Source: a virus (lineage: Duplodnaviria; Caudoviricetes). From it: a stretch of 55,498 bases of DNA. The notes under the pieces were generated by a model. That model was given only the letters and a program-made list of their open reading frames with translations, had not been told where the DNA came from and did no database searches. Every line of letters starts with the position of its first letter. Position 1 is the stretch's first letter. The position numbers and the translations under genes are program-made. Positions 27,057 to 33,612 of the stretch are shown in pieces. The stretch spans positions 1 to 55,498 of the IMG/VR virus record IMGVR_UViG_3300025889_000149. One strand, given 5' to 3'.

Positions 27057-27169
27057 AACTATCTATACTCATCATAATATTTAAACTAATATTTGAAGCC
27101 CTATCAACCCCATCGCTCGTGTACAATCGGCAATCTTATATACCCCTACCTTAGTATATAAAAAAAGGG

Positions 27170-27388
27170 TTAGACGTTTAAAGATCGCCTATAACCCATG
27201 TAGTTTAGGGCTTTGTCCATCTTTTCCCAAAAGTAACCACTGTTCACAAAAGAGTAGTCATTGGGATGGTTTTGCATTTTTGCAATCTCCAAAACACAAC
27301 AAAGTAACTTAGTTGCCACATTGGCATCTAAGTCAGATGACAATCTGTTTGCTTCGGAGATCAGTCCATGAATTGTGTGTTGATCCAT
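27170..27388 (-). CDS. Cassette microprotein (72 aa)
   Basis: Promoter B11 22 nt upstream; oligo(T) and A repeat downstream. Confidence 0.75.
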   Translation of the reverse strand: MDQHTIHGLISEANRLSSDLDANVATKLLCCVLEIAKMQNHPNDYSFVNSGYFWEKMDKALNYMGYRRSLNV

Positions 27389-27539
27389 ACATAAACTGCT
27401 TCGTTATGATTAATAAACATAGATTTGAAGAAACATAGTCATTCTTATATACCCCTACCTAGATTAGTCATTCTTAAATACCCCTACTCTACCAATGCTT
27501 CAAATATCGACTTATATACTATAACGACTAATGATCTTC

Positions 27540-27779
27540 ATGAGCACAGTTAAGATCAATGGAAAGTTGTTCTTCATCAGAGCATCTTTCACAAAGAAAC
27601 ACTACGGTATTCATAACCTCGTCAACTTTTCAATATGGTGGGGTCGTGAAAGAGATCATGAGATCTTCCTTTATGGAAGTACTAAGGTAGAGAACCATAG
27701 AAACTATCCAACACAAGCAAGGAAATATCCAATGATCGGTATTCAATACAACAACCTCAAAAAGAGAAGACTCGATTAA
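27540..27779 (+). CDS. Basic cassette microprotein (79 aa), divergent unit
   Basis: Plus-strand promoter B12 (27498-27518) 22 nt upstream; T10 after stop. Confidence 0.7.
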   Translation: MSTVKINGKLFFIRASFTKKHYGIHNLVNFSIWWGRERDHEIFLYGSTKVENHRNYPTQARKYPMIGIQYNNLKKRRLD

Positions 27780-27932
27780 TTCTTTTTTTTTTAACATTTC
27801 CACAGTGTTAAAAACACGAATATTGCGTGCCAAGTAAACATGGAGAAAAGTCAAAATTTTAAAAAAATCGGGATACAAATCCTGAATACAAATCGGCACA
27901 AGTTTTATAAACAACAGGTGCGTATACAAGGG

Positions 27933-28232
27933 GTGGACTTTTTACCAAAACAAATACTAGTCAAGGAACACTTGCTAACCAAACTGGAAGTCGCAACAGT
28001 ACCAAAGGACTTTTACAAATCCAGACCATGTGATGAAACAATGGTGGAACTAATCAGACTCAGAAAAAGAAAGATAACACAAATAGCACTAAACTGTCCA
28101 TCGGATGAAATTATTTCAAAACTCAGTGAAGAAGAGGAAGAGTTTTATAAAATATTGGTGGGTGCATCTAAAAAAATAGACGACCTTATTTGTATCGAGC
28201 AAGAAGCCGATTATATTGTGGATCATTCCTAA
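27933..28232 (+). CDS. GINS (Gins23/Psf2 A-domain)-like protein
   Basis: KE.....L...VPKDFY...LIRLRKRKITQIA...IISKLSEEEEEFY; GTG start 22 nt after TTTATAAA (27904-27911). Confidence 0.55.
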   Translation: MDFLPKQILVKEHLLTKLEVATVPKDFYKSRPCDETMVELIRLRKRKITQIALNCPSDEIISKLSEEEEEFYKILVGASKKIDDLICIEQEADYIVDHS

Positions 28233-28380
28233 AGTCCTCTAGAAATTCTCTCATAACCATATAATCATCATTGTCTTCTAATATTTCATCCCATAGATGT
28301 GAACATCGAGGGCAAGGGGAGAAAATAAACAGATATGTCATAATATCATATTCTTCAACTGTCTGCTTTCTCATTTTCAC
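28186..28380 (-). CDS. Hypothetical protein
   Basis: Overlapping minus-strand ORF with CPRC. Confidence 0.45.
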   Translation of the reverse strand: MKMRKQTVEEYDIMTYLFIFSPCPRCSHLWDEILEDNDDYMVMREFLEDFRNDPQYNRLLARYK

Positions 28381-28564
28381 TTACCTTTTTCATGTCAAGC
28401 ATATATGATGCTTGTATTCGAAACATACACTTCATGAGTTCTTTACCTGAGAACTTGGTGGATCTTTCCCTAGTATGTGAACCAAATCTTTTACCACATG
28501 CTACACATATAGTATTCTCCAAGTTCTTTCTAGTAAATAGAATAGAATTCTCCATTATATCCAC
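28355..28564 (-). CDS. Zinc-binding hypothetical protein
   Basis: CVACGKRFGSH...LMKC. Confidence 0.6.
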   Translation of the reverse strand: MDIMENSILFTRKNLENTICVACGKRFGSHTRERSTKFSGKELMKCMFRIQASYMLDMKKVSENEKADS

Positions 28565-28728
28565 TTAGAATATTCCCTTTCATAAGCTTTACGCATCTTG
28601 TTGACATTTGGGCGTTTTTCTTGTTTAAGCAGGCGTTTTAGATATAAAATGCCTATCGGTATTCCGACGATTGTGCAAAAGAGGAACGTAAGTATTCCAA
28701 CTTGCCATGTTTTTACATTGTCTAACAT
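28555..28728 (-). CDS. Small single-TM membrane protein (likely start 28728)
   Basis: Hydrophobic LFCTIVGIPIGILY segment followed by basic tail. Confidence 0.55.
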   Translation of the reverse strand: MLDNVKTWQVGILTFLFCTIVGIPIGILYLKRLLKQEKRPNVNKMRKAYEREYSKWI

Positions 28729-28765
28729 AACATATACACGCCTGCGACCTTTATAAATCTGTCGG

Positions 28766-28932
28766 AAAAAAATTCGGGTGCTTCGCACCCTGACGTTAGT
28801 AGTCTTACATTCCCATAAGGAAAGGGATAAATCTTACGTGTTTATCCACTCACGACCTGTGAGAACGAGTCTAAGAGGGCTACCGTTGAACCCACATTCG
28901 TTGTGCACTCATGGTGGTAATCCCTGACGACT
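28766..28932 (-). ncRNA. ~165-nt multi-stem ncRNA candidate
   Basis: TATAAATA ~22 nt upstream; stems UAGUC/GACUA, AGGG(A)UUACC/GGUAGCCCU, CUCAC/GUGAG, GGAUAAA/UUUAUCC, UUCC/GGAA; terminal GGGUGC-GAA-GCACCC then U7. Confidence 0.65.
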
Positions 28933-29065
28933 AGTTATAGTATGTAGTTCTGATATTTATATATTACATATTTTAGTGCCAGCGATTATTCGTAAAGGAC
29001 ACGTTGGTTCTAAAATATCTGTAGTTATAAAAAAATATGTTACTAGTGTTAATAATATTCCTATG

Positions 29066-29260
29066 CTAAATATGATGCGAATCATCATCATCATCCTCAC
29101 CATGTAATTTATGCTCTTCTAGTTTTTCTTCACATAAGAATGTGAGTTTCCAAAAAGTTCTACGATCTTTCAAAGTTATAGAATCAGTACCAAGCCTGCC
29201 AAATGCGAGTTCAAACCAATGCAGTAACGTGGTATAGTCTTCTATCTCGAATTCTACCAT
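29066..29260 (-). CDS. Small hypothetical protein
   Basis: 64 aa, WFELAFG...TFWKL, acidic tail. Confidence 0.6.
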   Translation of the reverse strand: MVEFEIEDYTTLLHWFELAFGRLGTDSITLKDRRTFWKLTFLCEEKLEEHKLHGEDDDDDSHHI

Positions 29261-29281
29261 AAAAAAAGTTAGTTTTGGTAT

Positions 29282-29488
29282 TTAAATTCTTTTGTGTTCA
29301 TACCTACCACGCTTAAATCGGACATTTCCTCGTAATCTATCTCCACAGCATGGACAGTTGTAATTTTTTCCCTCAAATAAAGAACGAATATACCAAGTTT
29401 CGCATTTTGCACACTTTAATGAATCTCTGTAGTTTCGAGTTCCTCTTTCGGGTTTTACTCGTTTACACAAGTTTTTACAAAAATGCAT
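29282..29488 (-). CDS. Cys-rich zinc finger (paralogue family)
   Basis: CKNLC...CAKCETW...CPCCGDRLR. Confidence 0.65.
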   Translation of the reverse strand: MHFCKNLCKRVKPERGTRNYRDSLKCAKCETWYIRSLFEGKNYNCPCCGDRLRGNVRFKRGRYEHKRI

Positions 29489-29512
29489 GTTTGATATAAT
29501 AACTTTAGGTAT

Positions 29513-29594
29513 AAAAACCTAGCTGGCTCGCAACACCAGTCCTCTTCCTCAACGTAAAGCATCATAGAAGTATGCATGCTCACACCACTAGGCA
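29513..29594 (-). ncRNA. ~80-nt tRNA-like small RNA candidate
   Basis: CCUAG/CUAGG terminal stem stacked on CUGGU-GUUGCGA-GCCAG hairpin, AGUGGU motif, AGCAU(G)CAUA/UAUGAUGCU stem, U5 end, TATAAAG upstream. Confidence 0.45.
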
Positions 29595-29629
29595 ATAATA
29601 CTTAAATAAATGACTTTATATGTATTATT

Positions 29630-29779
29630 ATGCCTGAAGAATATGTTTCAGAATCAGAAGTTTTGGATTTAATCAGCCCACCAAAAGAGGAAAAAACAAG
29701 AAAAAAATCCACTGATAATGGCTCATGCACTTGTGAACCAAATCATGCTAGAGACATTTATTGTAAAATCCACAGTTAA
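29630..29779 (+). CDS. 49-aa microprotein with CxC...CxxH (not in ORF track)
   Basis: CTTAAATA at 29601 is 22 nt upstream of the ATG. Confidence 0.55.
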   Translation: MPEEYVSESEVLDLISPPKEEKTRKKSTDNGSCTCEPNHARDIYCKIHS

Positions 29780-29842
29780 AAAAACGTAAAATTTACGTCA
29801 TTTTTACAAAACTTTATATAATAAACTTTCGAGTATTACCTT

Positions 29843-31804
29843 ATGGGTATTACCGATTATTTTACCAATATTGGTAAGGCTTTAGTCAATTTAAATAAAT
29901 CTCAGACTGAAACTACAGTTAGACCTAGTATTACAACACCATATATGAGTACCGATAGTGGTGCTAAACTACCTATTTTCCCATTCCCACTCGTTATGAT
30001 CTACGAGTTGGCAGATAACATTGATGCTTTGCGTATTCCTATTGAGACTTTAAACAGAGAGATGTTTAAGAATGGATTTGAGATTGTAGAGAAATGGAAA
30101 TACAAATGTGATAACTGTGGTAAAGAGTTTCAATATGCACCAGTCGCAGAATCAAATCCAGATGAACAACCATTTAGTTCAAACCAAGACAATGAAACAA
30201 ACGCTATTCCAGCCAAAAAGGCTATTATTGATGAATCACATCTAATGTGTGATACATGTGGTAACACTAAACTAAGAAGACCAGTTCCAGAACATAGAAA
30301 ATTGCTCGAAAAACTGATAAAAGAACCAGTAAACGGTAACAATCAGACACTTGAAGACCTATCTAGACAGATAGAAAGAGATCTGGAAATAGCAGATAAT
30401 GCATACCTTTTAGCACTAAAAAGTTACAAAATCAACGATTCTACTGGTAAAATTAACCATGATGAGACTGAAATTAAGGAATATTTGAGATTAGATCCAC
30501 CACAAGTAGCCATGATTTGTGACTCTGATGGTAGATTAGGATATAATGATAAACATGAACCTATCTTTGTATGTCCATACTTTGAACATAGAAGAACTAG
30601 ACTTCACAAAGATATGTGTGACAAGACAGATGATGGAATTCACGAAAAACCTGTAGAAGCATTAAAAGCAATAGTAGAGGTAAATGCTGTCTATTCAATC
30701 GGAACGCCACAACCAAAGTCTGTAATCTATGGAGAGGGAGAATTAATTTGGAAAGCTGGAAAGTATAAACCATCACTAGTATATGGTTTCTCCCCAATTT
30801 ATGCTGTTTGGTCAAAAGCCATGACATTATCTCACATGGATGAGTATGTTAGAAAATATTTCGATAAAATGAGACCACCTAGAGGTATGTTGGTTATTGC
30901 ATCAAGAAACTATGAGACATTTAGAAAATCATGGAATGAATTAGAACAAAGGGCAACTGAAGACCCATACATGATACATCCATTGATGGTAGAATCAGAG
31001 AAAGGTGGAAAGAACATGGCACAGTGGATTGATTTCACTGGATCATTAAGAGAATTAGAATTTATTGAGGTTAGAAAAGAATTAAGACAACTTATTGGTG
31101 CTATCTATGGTGTATTACCATTATACTATGGAGAGATGGTAGGTGGATGGTCTCAAGAGGGATTACAAGTTACAATTACTAATAGAGCAGTAAAATGGGG
31201 TCAAGACATATTAACTGCATCATTCTTTGATAAAATTGCAAGGATGTTAAACGTTGATGATTGGCATTTAAGACTTAAAGGTGGAGAAGAAAACGACAAA
31301 CTCAGAGAATTACAAACTGAGGGTGTTGAGATTCAAAACATGGCTCTATTACAACAAATGGGCTTTGATATTACTAGAACTCACACTGGAGAGTTTAAAG
31401 TAAGCAAAGAAACAGCACTAAGTGCGAGTGATATGATGGCACAAAATGCCATGCCAAGAATGGGTAGAGGTAGAGGAACTGCATCTCCACAAGAAAACAG
31501 ACAGAATATGCAGGGAGAACCAATGTTAACAAGACCATCTGATATGGGTGGTGTTGGTCAAGGATTCCCAGCAAGTGGATCTGGCACTTCAATGTCAAAG
31601 AAATCATTTAAAGATGGTATTACACCAAATAACTTTGATAAGGTTAAAGAAATATTAAACAAAGCAATCGAATATGACTGGAACAAAGGTCAAACTGTTG
31701 ATGAACTTAGAAAAGCAGACATGACAGTAAGACAGGCTAGAGAACTGGTCAAAAACGAGTTCGACGTTATGAAAAGATGGGAAAATGACAAAGAAGAATC
31801 ATAA
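29843..31804 (+). CDS. Portal protein with zinc-ribbon insertion
   Basis: DLEIADNAYL, YGFSPI, YFDKMRPPRGML, IGAIYGV portal motifs; CDNC...CDTC insert; first gene of head module. Confidence 0.85.
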   Translation: MGITDYFTNIGKALVNLNKSQTETTVRPSITTPYMSTDSGAKLPIFPFPLVMIYELADNIDALRIPIETLNREMFKNGFEIVEKWKYKCDNCGKEFQYAPVAESNPDEQPFSSNQDNETNAIPAKKAIIDESHLMCDTCGNTKLRRPVPEHRKLLEKLIKEPVNGNNQTLEDLSRQIERDLEIADNAYLLALKSYKINDSTGKINHDETEIKEYLRLDPPQVAMICDSDGRLGYNDKHEPIFVCPYFEHRRTRLHKDMCDKTDDGIHEKPVEALKAIVEVNAVYSIGTPQPKSVIYGEGELIWKAGKYKPSLVYGFSPIYAVWSKAMTLSHMDEYVRKYFDKMRPPRGMLVIASRNYETFRKSWNELEQRATEDPYMIHPLMVESEKGGKNMAQWIDFTGSLRELEFIEVRKELRQLIGAIYGVLPLYYGEMVGGWSQEGLQVTITNRAVKWGQDILTASFFDKIARMLNVDDWHLRLKGGEENDKLRELQTEGVEIQNMALLQQMGFDITRTHTGEFKVSKETALSASDMMAQNAMPRMGRGRGTASPQENRQNMQGEPMLTRPSDMGGVGQGFPASGSGTSMSKKSFKDGITPNNFDKVKEILNKAIEYDWNKGQTVDELRKADMTVRQARELVKNEFDVMKRWENDKEES

Positions 31805-31821
31805 GTGTGATAAGTGTAAAG

Positions 31822-32271
31822 ATGGCAGAGAAACTGGAAATTAATCATGGTGGAACAGATGTTGGTAAGAAATTACTAGAAAACCATCAAAAAAACGAGT
31901 ATACTAGAGTAAATAACTACAAAGAGGCAGTATGTTTAAACTGTCTAAAGACAGATAGAGCCATCGCAACAATCGCTACAATATGTGGAGAATGTGCTGG
32001 TAAACGTGGTAGAGAGCCATTATTAGCAGTAGTATCTAGAAAATTCTACGGTCTTTGCCTGTTTTGTGGAGAACATAGATTCCATTTAGAAGAGATTAAT
32101 GCTAGATTCTGTACCTCATGTCATGGTAGAATAGCCAAGATTACAAGGGAATATAACAAGAAAGGTGGTACTATGGGTACTGATCCATTCTGGAAACACC
32201 TCAAAAAGAAATGGGGTAAAGATTGGGAAGGCAAATTTAAAGAGGGTTGGAATACTAAAGCACGAGATTGA
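31822..32271 (+). CDS. Multi-CxxC zinc-binding protein in head module
   Basis: Four CxxC pairs; likely start ATG 31822. Confidence 0.65.
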   Translation: MAEKLEINHGGTDVGKKLLENHQKNEYTRVNNYKEAVCLNCLKTDRAIATIATICGECAGKRGREPLLAVVSRKFYGLCLFCGEHRFHLEEINARFCTSCHGRIAKITREYNKKGGTMGTDPFWKHLKKKWGKDWEGKFKEGWNTKARD

Positions 32272-32683
32272 TTCTGTCTCTAGTAAAATCGTAATACCTG
32301 TGATTATAATCTATTTTCTTTTTACCTTTTTCCAAGTTACCATAAAACCTATCAACTCTAGTTTCATAGTCAGCCTTTCTGCATACTCTAGGATTGAAAA
32401 ACAATTTATTCTTCTTTACATCATATACTATTTTACCATATTTTACTAATTCTGCCCTATCTTTTAATTCATCTGGAATTACACCATTCCTACAATGAAC
32501 TATTGTCTTTGATACATTTGCTTTTTCTTTTTGGTCATTTGTGTTAGTTACCACTATAACTTTAAGGTTAGGCACTATGTAAATATCAATAACCTGACAA
32601 TGAAACATCAAATCTTGAGTATATTGACCATATACCTTATTATATTCATCAATACTCTCATAAACATAGAACGATGTAGCCAT
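32255..32683 (-). CDS. Hypothetical protein (likely start 32683)
   Basis: The longer 5' extension in the ORF track is antisense to the membrane gene at 32718. Confidence 0.6.
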   Translation of the reverse strand: MATSFYVYESIDEYNKVYGQYTQDLMFHCQVIDIYIVPNLKVIVVTNTNDQKEKANVSKTIVHCRNGVIPDELKDRAELVKYGKIVYDVKKNKLFFNPRVCRKADYETRVDRFYGNLEKGKKKIDYNHRYYDFTRDRINLVL

Positions 32684-32717
32684 AATTTTTTTATACTTAT
32701 TAGTAATATAATCTTTT

Positions 32718-32960
32718 ATGCTAGAAACCATTGTGTCAAACATAGTACCAGCAGTATTAGTAGCTGTAGGTGCTGGTCTCGTAGCATATTTTAGAAAAAT
32801 ACAAAAGACCAATTCAGACCTTTGTAGAAAAGTCGAGAGATTGCAAAAGACAATCCTCGTCTTGGCAAAGGTAATAGATGCACAGGTAAGATCGGCACAC
32901 CCCGAAACTGAATCTGATCTAGATGATTTAGTAAAGGAGATGCTATATGAAAACAAGTAG
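32718..32960 (+). CDS. Single-TM plus coiled-coil membrane protein (lysis/egress candidate)
   Basis: N-terminal TM then heptad pattern. Confidence 0.6.
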   Translation: MLETIVSNIVPAVLVAVGAGLVAYFRKIQKTNSDLCRKVERLQKTILVLAKVIDAQVRSAHPETESDLDDLVKEMLYENK

Positions 32961-33216
32961 ATGGACACGATTAATAGTAAGAGCACTTGGTAATTTTGGT
33001 GTTGCTTTTTTTAGTCCATTAGTAGGTGGTAATTTGGCAGAGACAATGTTTAATCTAAATATGACAATAGACCAATTAGTTGTTATATCATTCTTCAGTG
33101 CAATATTTGTAACTGGATTATCAGTCAGTAGACAAGCTGTAGAATGGTCAAAGGAGAAAGAAATTGATAAAAAAGCAGAAAGAAAAAGAAAGCGAAAAAA
33201 AGAAGAAAATAGTTAA
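32947..33216 (+). CDS. Two-TM holin-like protein
   Basis: Two hydrophobic helices and a highly charged C-terminal tail. Confidence 0.55.
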   Translation: MKTSRWTRLIVRALGNFGVAFFSPLVGGNLAETMFNLNMTIDQLVVISFFSAIFVTGLSVSRQAVEWSKEKEIDKKAERKRKRKKEENS

Positions 33217-33282
33217 AATTTTGGATTCCATGCTTACGATTTAGCGTAAGTTTTATATAGTCCATAGTTTTTACTAATACCT

Positions 33283-33555
33283 ATGGCATTAGAACCATTA
33301 CTATTGGCAGTAATCTGCACAGTAGCTGGATCAGTGTTGAACACCATTAGAGGTTATCTAAACTCAGAGGGAGAATCCTACTCTGCTAGAAAACTTGTAG
33401 GTGCAATCATTGTTTCAGCATTTGCTGGTATTGCAATAGCACAAGCTATAGCAATCGATGGCATGAATGAAGTTGGAATTGCAATTATTGGTTTAACTTC
33501 AGGTTTCGCTATTGATTATGCTGTAAGCAAAGCAAAAAAAGAAACACTCGGATAA
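33283..33555 (+). CDS. Three-TM holin-like protein
   Basis: Three hydrophobic segments, basic C-terminus; own TATA box and terminator. Confidence 0.55.
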   Translation: MALEPLLLAVICTVAGSVLNTIRGYLNSEGESYSARKLVGAIIVSAFAGIAIAQAIAIDGMNEVGIAIIGLTSGFAIDYAVSKAKKETLG

Positions 33556-33612
33556 CCTTATCCACCCTTTTTTTATTAAAATTTATATACGATCAGACAG
33601 CCTTAATATATA

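Larger units (their letters stand above)
21620..27487 (+). repeat. Direct repeat A, TCTTAWATACCCCTAY, 15 copies: 21620, 25132, 25161, 25191, 25219, 25588, 25616, 26033, 26279, 26618, 26827, 26855, 27134, 27443, 27472
   Basis: All copies in the same orientation (25191 and 25219 carry one substitution each); tandem copies spaced 28-30 bp; degenerate remnants near 24957-24990. Confidence 0.95.
21209..27518 (-). promoter_or_regulatory. Repeated 21-bp promoter B, 12 copies: 21209, 21414, 24898, 25530, 25901, 25997, 26241, 26570, 26751, 27078, 27410 (minus) and 27498 (plus)
   Basis: Coding-strand pattern CTTCAWA-N6-TTAWWWA (e.g. CTTCAAATCTATGTTTATATA), often followed by TCATAACGACTA; an ATG lies 22-23 nt after the TATA box in 10 of 12 copies. 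Confidence 0.9.

Noticed and set aside
21044-27792. True integron with attC sites
   Set aside because: No tyrosine recombinase recognised; the repeats are not attC-like palindromes and each cassette has its own promoter
28800-28940. Hammerhead ribozyme (CTGACGA and GAAA on plus strand)
   Set aside because: Stem II cannot be formed convincingly; promoter and terminator point to the minus strand
29513-29594. Canonical tRNA gene
   Set aside because: No D stem, anticodon arm, 7-bp acceptor stem or TTCG loop; kept only as tRNA-like
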